From the NCBI GenBank assembly GCA_028023455.1, contig JAQFVV010000001.1:10788001-10852000 (forward strand): DNA of 64,000 nt, written 5' to 3'. This document shows positions 1 to 14,329 of the stretch, in pieces. The notes beneath the pieces were generated by a model. The model searched no databases. It saw only the letters and a program-made list of their open reading frames with translations, and had not been told where the DNA came from. Position 1 is the first letter of the stretch, and the number at the start of each line of letters is the position of its first letter. This DNA is from Epiperipatus broadwayi (lineage: Eukaryota > Animalia > Onychophora). The position numbers and the translations under genes were made by a program.

Positions 1-1550
1 AAATATAGCTGGTACAAAAAAGCAGCAATAATGACTAGTAAAATTTCTTTTGAGAATTTATAAAGAAAAGAAGGAATATGAAAATATATAAAAATGATGA
101 ATTGAGAAGGATTAATTAACTCAAACTTTGTAAAGTGGTATGAAAAGAGTTGATAATAATATAAGAAAGTATAAATGTGAACTAGCAAGGAAAGCTATAG
201 AAGAGAATAAAAGCCTCAAGAATGTAAAACAACATCTTGGTATTGGTAGGAAAAATTTTTGCAATAAGAAAAAAAGATAGAACTATTACTAAAAAGAGAG
301 ATGACATCATAAATATAGCAATAAAGAACAAGGAGATGCACCTTCTACAATTACTATATCTTCTGAATTGACCAGGATTTTAAATGAAGAAGTGAGACAT
401 GCAATTAAATTTATAAAGAAGAGAAAAACCCCAGGTAATGATGGAATTATAATTTGTATCTTAAAAAAACAGGGGAAAAAATTTGGCAAAATAATATACC
501 AAATGTCTAAATAATAAAGATGTACTAGATGATTGGAAGAATGTAGTATTAATATTAATAATCAGTCTTTTATTAGTTCTATACAAAATTTTAACCAAAA
601 TAATTACAACTCATCTATAATAAACTTTGGATTTTAACAACCAAAAGATCAAGTTAGATTTAAATGTGGTTTTAGTACAGTGGATCACATCCAAGAATTG
701 AGAGAATTTATAGAAAGGACCAATAAATGAGTTGCCATTATGCTTTGGATTTGTAGATTATGAAAAAGGCATTTGATTCTATAAGAATTTCTTCGGTGAT
801 TAAAGTATTAGATCATCAAGCTATAGACCGAGGATATTGGCATATTTTTAAGAATATTTATAAAAATTCAACAGCAACAATGATATTACATAATGATACT
901 AGGAAGATTAACATTGAGAAGTATGTAAGAAAGGGTGCCTCCATATTTCCGAAACTTTTTATAACAGTTTTGCAAGAAGTATTTTGTGGATTAAAATGAA
1001 AAGCTGAATAAAAGTAAATGGAGATTATTTAAGTCATCTAGATTTTACAGATGATATAGTTGTTTTTGCAAATAATGATTTAGAGCTTCAAGAAACATTG
1101 CAAGAAGTATCAGATAAAAGTAAGAAAACAGGATTAAAAGTAAATGTTAAAAAAGACTAAGGTAATGCATTTTCTCAAAAGATGGAAATAAAGATTGATG
1201 ATGAATTAGAAGAAGTTAACAACTACAAATATTTTGATTAAATTTTATTGCAGATGGAAACATAATGGATGAAATTAATCATAGAATTAAACATGGTTGG
1301 AGTGCTTTTGATAGAAATAACAATATTAAAAGAAAATATGTCTATGTGATTGAAAAGGAAGGTTTTAAATAAATGTGTTTTATCAATTCTTACTTATGGA
1401 TCTGAGACTCTGACACTTAATAAAAGAGCAATACAGAGACTTCAGACCACTCAACAAGGTATGGAGATGCAAGTTAGGAATAACAAAAAGATTGAAAATG
1501 AAATACATGAGTGAGAGAACAAAAGATATTATTGATATCATGGAAATAGT
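1..1550 (+). mobile_element. RTE-clade non-LTR retrotransposon (LINE), degenerate reverse-transcriptase region, cut by the window start
   Basis: Interrupted + strand translation gives ordered RT motifs: KRKTPGNDGI (~420), NQPKDQVRFKCGFSTVDHIQELREFIERT (~640-720), DYEKAFDSI (755-785), KYVRKGASIFPKLF (RGVRQGD.ISPKLF-like, ORF 760-999), SHLDFTDDIV (HLRFADDI-like, ~1030-1060), GLKVNVKKTKVM. Many stops and frameshifts. Confidence 0.9.
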
Positions 1551-3132
1551 CCAATATATAAATACTTGTAAGTAATATGACTATCTTCTATTTGTAAATC
1601 CATTCAGAAATTTTTTTTTCAACTTTGACTTATTTTACTTTGAACCAACAATAAAATTAGCTAAAGGTTTTTGCTTCTCTTTTTTTCTCATTAAAATATT
1701 TTCTTTCTCAAAAAGAGTTGTAATAGTACTTTTATATTCTTCTTCATTCTTCTTTTGATAAAAATTATAGATGAAATACAAAAGATAAGTGATATTAATT
1801 TGAAAAATTCAAAATATTTTACTTAAAAAAAATATGTGTTTTGTGATCACAATACCTAGAGAACTAAAAAGTTAAAATTCAGAAAGTTAAAACTTTATTT
1901 TTTAATATATATATATTTTTGAAATGTAATTAACTAAAACAAAAAATGTTGAAAAAGTAGAAATGGAAACATTTATAACTATATCCTGACAAGAGGGAAA
2001 TTATGATCAATTACATTTTTATAAATGTTACAATGAGTGTATGTGTGCCTGATAGATAAAATTCATAATTATTTCTTATAATTAATAGGCACATTGTGCT
2101 TCATTTAAAATAATTTACTAGCCTATTTTTATTTATAATTAATGGTGTTTAAGAGTTTACTAGAGCCAATGAATGGAATGCCCTTTATTTTGTGTCTTGT
2201 ATTGTTTTGTATTTAATGAAGAGGGCACTTCAATGTTCTAATTATTATAAATTTCAATGCTGTTTGACAAAATTACATAATCATAATTTATTTATATTTA
2301 ATTTAATTAATGAGATTTATATAAAATTAAAATTATGTATATGCTTATTAATTATATAAAAAGTATCACATTAATGGTATTGAATTGTATTAATCCACCA
2401 CAGCTTGATAACAAAATGTTAAAAATTAAAAATGTAAAATTTAACTCTATAAATTTTTTGCATGATTATCTATATGGGTTATATCATAAAATAATTATCA
2501 GTCAGTTCTTTTTTTGCCTTATATATTCAGTTCACAATCATTCAAGTGGTTACTATTGAAGTGAAAGCATTATTTTTAACAGAAAACAGATTAAATTATG
2601 AATAACTGATTGAAAATTTTATTACTTTTTCATAATTATGAAGGTAAATCTGTGAAGCCTATGCAGTCCCATGATACATTTTCATTTTGTTGTTATGGGT
2701 TTTTTAAACAAAAACCAGAAATATATGTAATTAAAAAATTATGGGAAAAAGAAAATGTTCACTGATTGACTAATAAAAGAAAAAATTAATTTGTTGTTTG
2801 AATGGCACTTCCATATTAAACCTGCTGTGATTAAAGTTTACAGCATGCACATCTAAATAAAGACTGAATTAAACACATTTAGAATGCTGTAAAAAGGAAA
2901 ATAATTGCTTTTTTATATGAATATTAGATAATGTTCTGATCAGGAGAAAGTTGTTACACAAAATATTTTTTTCACTATTAATTTCATGATTTAAAGTATG
3001 CTGTGGTGTCATACAAGAATGCTGGATGACTAAACAATCATCTTGTGAACATAAGGTTTAAAGATGATTTTTTATACAGCTTTAATTCCTGTCAAGTGAA
3101 TTTTTTGAATGACTTTTTTATCCAATGAAATA

Positions 3133-3262
3133 ATTAAAATATGGGAACTTCCCATTACTGAGGACAATGTAGTACACTTCATTCAAAAGACAGTCATAGA
3201 TTGAAATAACTGTTTATAAGAAATTTGTTCATTTAGTACATTATCCCAAGAAAAATGCAAAA
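3133..3262 (+). pseudogene. Internally deleted Merlin (ISXO2-like) transposase N-terminal fragment
   Basis: Translates IKIWELPITEDNVVHFIQK-TVID*NNCL*EICS. This matches the two blocks MLKIWNLP... and NNTVIDW of the better-preserved relic at 41253-41841, with the intervening ~60 codons missing. Confidence 0.5.
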
Positions 3263-4452
3263 TGCTACAAATGTGATGACTTGATTACAAAAATACAAAT
3301 CTTTTTGTGTAAATCATAGTTACACTTTTGTTTCTATTTTGCAAGACATAAAAAACTTGTCTGCCCCAGTGATTGTAAGAAACAATCTTTTGCTTTTCTT
3401 TTTTTATTGGAATGAATGTACATTACTAAAAATATTTGTTATTGCAACATCATTTCTTACAAAAACAAAAATTTAAATATGTTGTTCATTTATTACCAAA
3501 AAATAAAGTTATAGGTCACCATTTTGTACAAAATAAGCTTAGTTCTCATCATTTTTGGTAATATCTTGATTCATTTCAAAACATAAATAAATGTTTATTT
3601 ATTTACACTAAATACAGTTTATGGGTCACCCGTTTGTATTAAATAAAGTTACTTATTGTCATTAAAATTGATGGATTAAATTTGTCAGAAGATCCCAAAT
3701 AGATGTTATTTTACAAGATCAAAGAATTAAAAAGTTATCATTGGATTAATATATATATGACATTTCACAGCAGGTTTAAGATGTAAGTACCATTTCAACA
3801 TTTTCACCATTTGTGAGGTCCAATAGTGAAAGAGATTTTCAAATTGAACAGATAACATAGTAAGATCATAGATCAAATGGAAATTCTTCAGCTAATATGG
3901 ATTAATCAAAAGTAAATGTCAAGTGATAATAACAAAAAAGCAATAGCTTATGAGAAAGCTAAACAATTGTTTAATTAAGGAAATTTTTCCAAAAACTCTA
4001 ATATAAGTGTTGATCCTATGAAGAAATTTATTACCAGTAAAATGTTTCATGAGATTCAAGAAAAGAACTAGATTGCCTAATATTATAAAATATGGTAAGG
4101 TAACTAGCCCAGATATTGCAGATGAAGTTATATCAAAAAAATTACAAAATAATGATTTCCGTGCAAAAAAGTAGAAGTTCTGAAATCAATAATCTGTGAA
4201 TTTTTGTTATGATTTGTAAGTTTAATTACATTTTTATTTTATGCTCAAAGGTGAATTATAGTTTTTATTAAAATCAAATTCTATGCTATGTACAGAAATA
4301 AATTATGTATGAATTTTTGCATTTATATTTTTTGATTTTGTATCCTATTTTTTCTATTTAAGTAGTTATTTGGATAACTTTGGTCCAGGTGTGGAATGGT
4401 TAACACTTAAATAAATTGTATTTCAATATACACTGTAATAAATGATATAAAA

Positions 4453-7330
4453 CAGTGGTTCCCAAAGTGGGCAGTACCATCCCTCAGTGGGTGCTGAAGA
4501 CTTCAAGGGGGCCAATAGTGGGTTCAAAAGTATTTGAAGGGTATTCAGATCATCTATCATTTTCTCCATACACACCGATGATATATTATCATTGGTTTTA
4601 ACTCACTCTCAAACCACTGATTTTTACATTATTTTGCTGATTTTATAGTTCTTTTATTTTTAAAAATGTACTGTACAATGCTGACATCTTTAGAATTATT
4701 TTAGAACTAAAAAATCAATATTTAAATTTAAAATTATAGCAATGGAATAAGGCTTGCCTTCTGAGGTGCTGATTGGTTGTTTCTCATTTTCAACAAAAGG
4801 GAGTGCTTGTCAATAACTTTGATAGTTCTTTGTTTTGATATTTCAAAAAGAAAATGTGTTTTATAGTATTTTTTACATATTTATTATTATTTTCATAAAC
4901 TATATGTAAAAATATAATTATTTGAGAAGAATAGTTCAGATTTTAGTAAAAATTATTTACTTTTATGCAAAAGTAAATTGAGAGAGAAATTGATGACATA
5001 GGCTGCATTTTGTAATAGGTTGAAAAATATGTTTTATGTTGTCCACTATAGATTTTTTTAGCAATTATAAATAGAAATTTATTTTTAAAAAAATTTCATT
5101 TACTTTAATAATCTGACAAATTATTAATTTGCTTTTTAGAAACTAAACTGAAATGAGTATAATTTTGAAAGACAAATATATTTTTACTGCTGATTCTGTA
5201 ATTGACCAATCAAAAGTTTAGAACTTTAATTCATTTGGCCAATATGTGGTTTCTTATAGAGAAATTAACTGGAAACAAGTCAATACATGCAAGTTGATTC
5301 AGGCTAGATTTCAAATCTATAAATAACAGTGGTTTAGGAGTGTTTCATTATTTTTGTATGCTTTACCAATAATCATCAGTTAAAAGTGTGATAGATAAGT
5401 GGAGTCATACAAAGTGTAAATTAAATCTTTTATTTTATAAATATTATTGCAAACTTTATTACTTCATTATGTCTGAATCTAAGAAGAAATGTCGACAGTA
5501 CACTATTGAGTATATGAAATATGGCTTTATTCAGCCTCCCATGAACCAATTATTACTTATGTGCTTGATTTTCCAAAAAGTATTTTCAAATGGAGCAGTG
5601 AAGTCTTCTAAGCTACAAAAACATTTGACTAAAATGCATGCTGACAAAAAGGATAAAGATTTATCCTATTTTCAAGTACTAGAAGAAAAATATTTTAAAC
5701 ATCCAACTATATCAAAACTTTTTGCATCATCAACTAAACAAGTTACTGACAGATTACAAGCTTCTTTTAATATTTCATTATTAATTGCAAAAGAGAAAAA
5801 ACCACACACAATTGATAAGAAATTAATCTTGCCAGCAATAAAAGAAGTAATAAACATTGTGCTTCATAAGCCAGCACCAGATGTCATCAGGAATATTCCT
5901 TTGAGTAATAATTCAATCCAAAGAAGAATCGATAAAATAGCTGAAGACATTGAAAAATCATTGTGCGATTATTTGAAGACATGCCAATTTTCCACTCAAC
6001 TCGATGAATCAACTCTCCTAAATAATAAAGCACTATTCTTATCATATGTATAATTCATAAAAGAAAAAATATGTCAAGAATTATTATTTGATAAAAATGT
6101 GGAAGCAGATACAAAAGGAGAATCTATATTTAATACCATGATTAAATTTTTTCAAGAGAAAGACATTGCTATCCATAATATTTTGTCTGCTGCTACTGAT
6201 GGTGCTCCAGCAATGACAAGGTGCCATAGCATATTTGAAACAAGCATTACCAAATGTACTCGCTATATATTGTGTTCTTCATCATCAACATTTGGTTGTG
6301 AAAAATTTAAATGAACACTTGCATATGTCATTCCATTATGTTATTAGAGCAGTCAAAAAAATTAGAAGCAATTCATCGAGTAACAGATTGTTTAGTCAAC
6401 TTTGTATTGAAAATGGTGAAGATTTCAATCATATGCCACTTCACACAGAAGTTCATTGGCTTTCAAAATGTACTTGTCTGAATTGATTTTACAATTTGTT
6501 TGATTCAGTACTAGAGTTCCTAAAAAACAGAGATGAGATTGTGGACCAACCTGATTACATGCAAAATGACATCACTTATTTGACAGACCTCTATAAAATA
6601 TTTAATGAGGTCAATCTACAATTACAAGGTGATGAATTGAATTTAATTAAAACAAAAAATGTTATTGCTGCTTTTATGGGGAAACTTCTGTTCAAGTGGA
6701 ATTGAGGATGATGGGAATATAGCCACTTTTCAAATTTATCAGCATTGTCTCTCAAAAAGGAAAATTTACTTACATACTGCCAACATTTGGAGGTTCTCTA
6801 TGCTGATTTCAATAAGCAATTCAACGATATTTGTTTTAAACATGAATATTCAAAATTGGGTTCTAGATCCTTTCTCACATGTAAACACAGCAGGATAATC
6901 AAATTTAGAAGTGGAACTCATAGAACTCACAACAAATAAAGAACTAAAAATAAAATTCGGAAAGAGGATACCAAAGGTTCTGGTTGCAGAAATCAGTACC
7001 AACACTGTATCCTGGATTATGGGAAATAGTGCAGAAATTTTTAATTGCATTTCCATCTTCTTATTTGGCTGAGGGTGGGCTTAGTGCTGTAGTGAATTTA
7101 CTATCTAAGAAAGGAACCGGTAGCATATAATGGAGCATAGCAATTTATGGCTGGTTTTAACTAAAGTTGTGCTCAATATTAAGACATTTTTAAAAATGCA
7201 TCAGGTTCATCCTTCACACTAATTTGTCATTTTTTCTTTGTATTTTTACATTGTAAGCTTGAAATAAACAATTTTCTAATACATTTGATGATGTTTTAAT
7301 TATTAGAATAAGATTCTTATTAATGTAATA
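4453..7330 (+). mobile_element. hAT (Buster/Charlie group) DNA transposon, 5' TIR present, 3' TIR not found
   Basis: Starts CAGTGGTTCCCAAAGTGGG at 4453 with flank ATATAAAA (central TA) and contains the transposase relic. No reverse-complement TIR seen after 7222, so the right boundary is approximate. Confidence 0.88.
5469..7222 (+). pseudogene. Buster-type hAT transposase pseudogene (ZBED5/SCAND3-like family)
   Basis: MSESKKKCRQYTIEYMKYGFI start; BED-finger-like C..F...KSSKLQKHLTKMH; QLDEST (first D); ATDGAPAM (second D); YCVLHHQHL (CxxH); EVHWLSK; SSYLAEGGLSAV (E region); ends HQVHPSH* at 7220-7222. Split over ORFs 5388-6053, 6099-6314, 6235-6486, 6496-6705, 6745-6939. Confidence 0.93.
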
Positions 7331-7489
7331 CAATCTCCTAATATCTATTCCAAATTTTCATATTTAAACGACTGAATGAAACTGTGCATAATGTTATTCA
7401 AGTATGCTTATACACTTTACAATCTTGACATATGCCCTTTCAAGATCAATAAAATAAATACTATATATTTTTTTTTAATTATATGTATC

Positions 7490-8860
7490 ATTACATGATC
7501 ATCATTTCTTGTACTTACACAAGCTGTTAAAACAATAGCAATTCTCTCTATACAGTAATGCCACCCAGTGCATGCCATAGTAATCAATGGATACTAGATT
7601 TGTGCATAAAAATCCCTACCTAATACCTACTCATCTAATATTCTCAGATTAGTTTCTAGCTTATGACCTTCATGTGGAGCCTTAGATCTGAGAGCATTGC
7701 AATCTTCAGTTGAAATACAATCCTCCAGCAGTCACTTTTTATTTTTTTTAGTAAACTATAAAGCTACAAGTCTAAAATGAAAACACAATAACGTTTTCAA
7801 TTCAAGCTCAATCACCTGTATAGTCATACAGATATGAACTTACTAGTTCAGTATCAATACATTTTGATATCTTTGGTTTTTAATAACAATAGTCACCATC
7901 ATCATTCAGCCAGGATTGGTAATAAAGCATTAAAATATCACATGATCACCATTCATTATGCTTACACAAGCTGTTAATACAATAGCAATTCTCTCTATAT
8001 AATATATCATCCAGTGCAAGCTATAGTAATCAATGGATGCTAAAAGATTTATGCATCAAAATCCCTGCCTAATGCCAACTCATCCAAAATTCCCTGACTA
8101 GTTTCTGGCTTATGCTCTTTGTCATTGAGAAACATTGGATCTGAGAGCACTGTATCTAATGCAACATTCCAGCAGCCAACTTTTATCTTTTTAGTAAACT
8201 ATAACACCATGAGCTGTGAGTTTAAAATGAAAACAATGTTTTCTATCCAAGCTCATTCACCTATCTAGTCATACAGATGTGAATCCAGTTCTATAACTAA
8301 ACATATTGGTGTCATTGGGTTTTTTAATGTTAAACAACTAAAACATCACACATAGCACCATTTTTTAAGGTAATACAAAATACTAAAACAGTAGCAATGC
8401 TTTCCATATAGTAGTGCCATTTCATGTATGCAAGTCAGTAATCAAGAGATCTAGAAAGTTTGGTCATAAAAATTCCTACCTGGTCTATTCATCCACTATC
8501 CCCAGTCTAGTTTCTAGCTTGTGTAAGCATAAAAATGATGATCATGTGATATTTTAGTAGTTTATTACTAATCCTGACCAAAGGATGGTGATAACTGGTC
8601 ATTAAAAAAACAAAGACATCAATACACATAAATAGTGTTTTGCATCTGTATGACTATACAACTGAATGAGCTTGGATTGTAAACATTATAGTGTTTTCAT
8701 TTTGGACTTGTAGCCATCAGAGATTGCATTAGATCCAAAGATCAAGGTGCAGTGTGGGGATATTGGATAAGAGAGTATACAAAACTAGCATCCATTGTTT
8801 ACTAAAATTTACAATGGTTAGCACTACTGTATGAAGAGAGTTGCTACTGTTTCAATTCTA
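7490..8860. repeat. Diverged ~450-bp tandem repeat: two full direct monomers, one partial direct monomer and one inverted monomer
   Basis: Block CATGATCA...CTTACACAAGCTGTTAA.ACAATAGCAATTCTCTCTATA recurs at ~7492 and ~7941, and partly at ~8385. From ~8516 the same sequence runs inverted (GCTTGTGTAAGCAT...ATCATGTGATATTTTA...ATCTGTATGACTATAC). Confidence 0.88.
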
Positions 8861-11800
8861 CATATCTTTAACAATAGTTATTGCTATTCCAAATGCATAT
8901 ATTCTCTTTTTAGTTCTAATTTCGAACAGCTCTTTATACAGAAGTATATAAAAAGTTTCTTAATAGACTCTTACATCTATGTGAAATTAAACTAAAATCA
9001 TCCATTTCAGTGAATTAAGCTTTTCATTAATGAAATTTTAATTGTTAAAAGATATCTATTAGCCAACTTTCATGAGTTATAGATTATTTTACAAGCACCA
9101 ATTAATTCAAATTATGTTTCCTTAAGAGTTAATTCCCTGTGTTTTTCCAGTTTTCAAATCAGTTAACACTTTTATAGCTTTTTCCTTCAATATTACATAA
9201 TTTATTACAAGTTTATCAATATAACTATTTTCTTTACTAAGAATGTACTTCTTCAATCTTCAATTGCTATTTCATTTCTATAGCTATATTTTTTCATCCA
9301 AACTATTTTATTCAACAATATATTAAAACAAACATTTTCTCAATGATTGCTCTATCTCACTATATTCCTCTTTTAGTTTTATCTCCTTTCTGTCTCAGTT
9401 TTCATTTAAGCTTTCTATATATATTTCTTCTATTTACAGAATTTATAATTTCTATTTTTTCCAACGTTTTCATTATCCTATTACTAATTCAATTTTTTTT
9501 TTTTATTTCCTTTATTTTGTATGAATTTACTTTATCAATTAGCTTAATACTATTTATGGTTATTTTCTTTAGTAGTTGTATTTAATAATTCCATTCTACC
9601 ACATATTTTTGAAATTATATAAAGACACATGAAAAGACAAATGACTTTCAAAATACAATTCATGTTGAACCAAAACTCATCAATTGGCCCAAGTCACAAT
9701 CTCTTACATATATCTTTATCATTTATTCAAAATTTATCAAGAGTAAATTAATTATCAAACCAATTCTATCCACGACATTCAAACAAACTAATCCACATAA
9801 TACTTCAATGATTATCCCTAATCTTTTATTAGACTAGAAAATATCTCTAGTCAAGAAATAAATTTTAAACCACTAAAGATTAATATATTTATTTTTTAAT
9901 TAAATTCACATGGAAATAGAAAAATGAAGTTGAATATGAGTATGTATTTAATTTAAAAAACCATATTAATCTTTCACTTGGCTAAAGACAGTCTCTAGTT
10001 TAATCACTGAAGTTTTATCTTTATTGGTTTGTATCAAAGTTGTGGGTGGAGTAGTTTGATCCTTATAAATCAAAATATAACAGTTTATTTGTTTTATTGA
10101 ACAAATCAATTTTTCCCCCAACATTCTTCTTTAACTTATTAATTAACCATTTTTGTCATCTTAGTTGTTGTTTTTTTTTTAATTTTAATTTTACCAATCC
10201 CAAATTTTGATCCAAATCTCTATCAGCTCTATAATGCATATACACTTATTTTTGAACTGAAACACTTAAGAGCTTTTTTTGGTGAAATACTTTTCTCATG
10301 ATTTTAAAAATGTGTGCTCATTTGTTATCGCACTATTTTCTCTACTAAAGCTTACCAACCGTTCATCTTATTTTTAATTTCAATTCATAATCTTAAACAA
10401 TTACAATATCCATTATTATTATTATTTTGTTCACTTTCAATTACTTTTTCAACTTCTTCATTATGCACATATTAGTTCAACATAAATCTAACATTTATTG
10501 TAATGCTATTTATAAAAAGCTCTTAAATTCTTGGACTTATAATAAATACTTTATTACATCTACTGCTTTCCCTACAATCCTTTTATCTTGTTTAGAGAGC
10601 TGTACAATATTTGGTTTTTTCCTTTTACCTTGGTCAATAAACTTACTATATTCTCTCATTTATTAATAATCATATTATTCCACAAATTTTTTATTAACTA
10701 GACTGTCATAAAAAAAACTCATGTGCTTGATTTGGGGAATAGAGCAATTCTTTCATTTACTTTTTCCAGTCATCCAACTGTATTTTTATCTTCACTTCTA
10801 CAATGATTACAACAAATTATAAAATTATGATAAGTACCTATTTTAATTTTGATATCATAGACATTTGAAAAAAAATGGTCTATCTATTTTATTAAATCAG
10901 TAAAATAACCATAATCTTTTTTTTTCTGATTCCCTATTAACATTATTTTAAAAATCTCTTTACGAAAATTATATATTTCTCTCTTCTGTTTATTTTTGAG
11001 AAAACAGAACTAAAATTTAATCACCCAATCGTTATTTTTTCCCTAAAAAATCTTTCAAATATTTTCATATATTCAATTGCTATGATCCATTATTTATTGA
11101 AAGTCAAACAAATTATATAAGAATAAATTACTACTAATAATAAACCAACATGCCAGTTTAAATTTATTATTTTTAATAAATGTTTAAATAATAATAAATA
11201 TTTAGATACTTAATTAGTATTACAAAAAAATCAAGTCAGATGTCACATGACCTAATTTAATAAGCTTGTATTTACAAATGTTACATATAGAGCTAGCAAA
11301 AGCTTGTTAAGAGCTTGTTTTGTAAGTTCTATATATAACATTTAATTAGTATTAAAAATATTGATATATTATTTATAAACAAAACAATTTATTTTAAGAA
11401 TTAATCCTCTTATTACTATTATTATTTTTTTAAATATATTTAATTTTACTAGTAAAAGACATTTTGAAATGTAACCTTTAATTTTTAATTAAATTCTCAA
11501 ATTGGTTTAACTTCATTACCAAGTTAAGCAGGATTGATACTTTGTTTCTCTTTAGCTTCAAATAAGTATTAAACAAATCCTTGTTATTTTCGTTTATATC
11601 AGTTCTATTCTCAAATGGCTTATGCTATCAAGTATATTGTGACTATTAAATAATATACTATAATGATGAAAGTAATTAACAATAATGACAATCTAATTAA
11701 TAGAATTTTAAATCAGTAATAATATTTGATAAAAAAATTATATTTATAAATTGATTTTTATAACTGATTAACAAAGGCATTTTGCTGTGTCATTTAGTAA

Positions 11801-14329
11801 TTTAAATATCATTGAACTATTCTTTATTTAGATATAATAATAATCTTAAAAATTATTCATATATTTATCATTTTTTTGTTAAACATATATGTGTGCAAAT
11901 AAGAACTTTTTATATATATAAAAAAAAGCTTCCCAAAAATAAAAATTTATTGTGCTAAAAATAAATTGAAGACTTATCTATAATTTTAAATAAGATACAG
12001 CACTTAATTAAGAAGCAAAAATAATTGATAAAATTTTTATTTAATAATTTTGCTTGATTTTTGAATGATACAAATTGTGTTTTATTCTATAATTAAATTT
12101 CTTAAAGAATATGGCTTATAACTTAGAGAACATGAGTTAAATAGATAAAATTAGATTTCAATAAAGAATAGGAATAAGGAGATTATATCCATGTAAACAG
12201 AGATAACTTTCCATGAAAATATTTAATTAAAATTGGATTTCAGTTTGTAATAATATAAATTCTTTTGTTAATATAAATTATGTCATTGGTTCTAATAATT
12301 AACATTATTATTAAGTAAAACATGACAGATGCCAGTAACCTCAAATAATTCTGAATATTATATCTGTGACATTAAAAAAGTCTCTGTTTTCACTACATTA
12401 TAACTAAAAATATAAAGTATGTTTATGCATAGGAGATAGGAGAAAAAAACTTGATATGAATACAATAAGGAGACATTGACAAAATAGAAATTTTCTTAAG
12501 GATTATGTATTGTTTTTGTGTCTGAAAAGTAAAGATCAATCTATAATCTTACCCTTCCTTAAATTAGAGTATATAATTCAAGGGAGTCCATTTTTGGTAC
12601 CATTTTATATTATTTTAAGCTTATTAATGAGTATGTTTGATATCTTTGTGGGCTTTGATTATATTAATTGTACATTTAAAAATTAAAATTATTAAGAAAT
12701 AATATGACTGATCTAAAATCCAGTAAGACAACAACATATATTCTACAGCCTGATAGTTTCCATGCAGAGCATTGACTTAATAAATGGTATATCATTTCAT
12801 TTTCTCTGTGGCACATCAAACATGTCAGTTTATTTGTGTAAAATATTACATATATCTTAGATAAGATAAGATTGATACGGTTTTAAGAATTAATTTGATT
12901 TAAAACATCAAAATATTGAGATTTTAATGACTAGAATTTGAAAATGACATATTAAATCTCTATTGCTGATTACTAAGTCTGTCTTTAAAGGATGTAGAGG
13001 TGAATATACAAATTTAAATATTTCTCAATTTGATGTTTTTTCATATGAAAAAAAAGAGAAAATTGATATTTCTTTTAATTTGGAAAAAAAAAATAGTTTC
13101 ATTGATGGTAGTACTGGAATGTATGAAAATAATGAAATACCACTTGAAGCCTTGGTCATTGCATACTGGATGTACTGAAATTGCTACAATTTTTTTTCTT
13201 ACCAAAAATTTTCAGCAAATTAAGTACAATTTCTGATGAAATTTTATAGCTAAGTTAACAATATACAAGTATGCATATTGAAAGGAGTTACATTTACATA
13301 TATAGAAAGATAGACACAAAATAAAAAAATAATATTTTCATGTTCTTTAAAAGGACCCATTAAAGTGATAGAGATATAGGTTTGATCGAAAGATAGAATA
13401 AAATCCTAAGAAAGGATGAAGGATACAAAGCCAATATGAGTGGACCATAACCCTGAGTAAATTTTAAAGAATCTTTACTACTGGTCAACAATAACTTTTA
13501 GAACTAGAAGACATAAAAACTAGTAAGACTAGTCATGGAATTGTTTGCTCTATTTCCTGTACAAATGCCTCAGAATCTTCTTTGTAATCAATTGTAATAT
13601 GAAATTTATATAAAAGATAAAAAATGATGCACTCATAGGAGAACATCATTTTACAATAAAGCATTACATGTATATCCCTATTTACAAATAGGTTGGTTAA
13701 TATAGTTGGACATATGGAATGGTAGTTTGGGCTCAACTCAATAGGAACTTCGCAATGGGAGAAAACAAAAAAGCTGGGCAACAACTGTATATATTAACAA
13801 ACTTCTGGGCTGAGTCCACCACCAATATGGTGCCATACTTAATAAACTAGTATTGTGAAAATAAAGATAATGAAAACCTCAAAGATTATTTTAGAAATGA
13901 AAATAACAGCTATTGAGTATATGTAATAATTTTCATGTTCCATCGTCAACATAGTATATGTAAAATAGTAGTTTTACTTAGAATGAAATTATTTAAGATG
14001 TAACATTAATAATAATATGTATACAAAATCAATATATATTCATATGAAAAAAATCTATTTCACAGAACAAGCATGTTCTAAAAAATCATTTTTTAAAAAA
14101 CCTGTAAATCGTTAGTATATTATATTGAAATGGAAACCTCCCAATCCACTTTCCGTTTCACCATTAAAATGTATAAAATGTTTTATTTAAAATATGTTTA
14201 CGGTTTTCTCATTTAATGTTTTGTAGGGATAACTGCAACTAAAGTTTTGTTTAAATCTGTCAAATTTATTTTTTTTAAAAAAAAAAAAAAAACAACGTAG
14301 GGAATGAAAATATGTTAAAAAGATTATTT

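Noticed and set aside
9300-10800. Minus-strand purine-skewed tract as an L1/Tx1 ORF2 remnant; hydrophobic ORFs 9343-9585 and 10427-10666 as membrane proteins
   Set aside because: No ordered RT motifs could be read. The F/L/I-rich ORFs are artefacts of T-rich sequence.
12963-13236. ORFs 12963-13178 and 13030-13236 as a gene or Merlin C-terminus (NSFIDGSTG ~ NFVDP.TG)
   Set aside because: The similarity is limited to a few residues and several frames on both strands are open because of low complexity; not supportable.
13533-13784. 83-aa minus-strand ORF as a CDS
   Set aside because: No recognisable domain or splice context; probably repeat debris.
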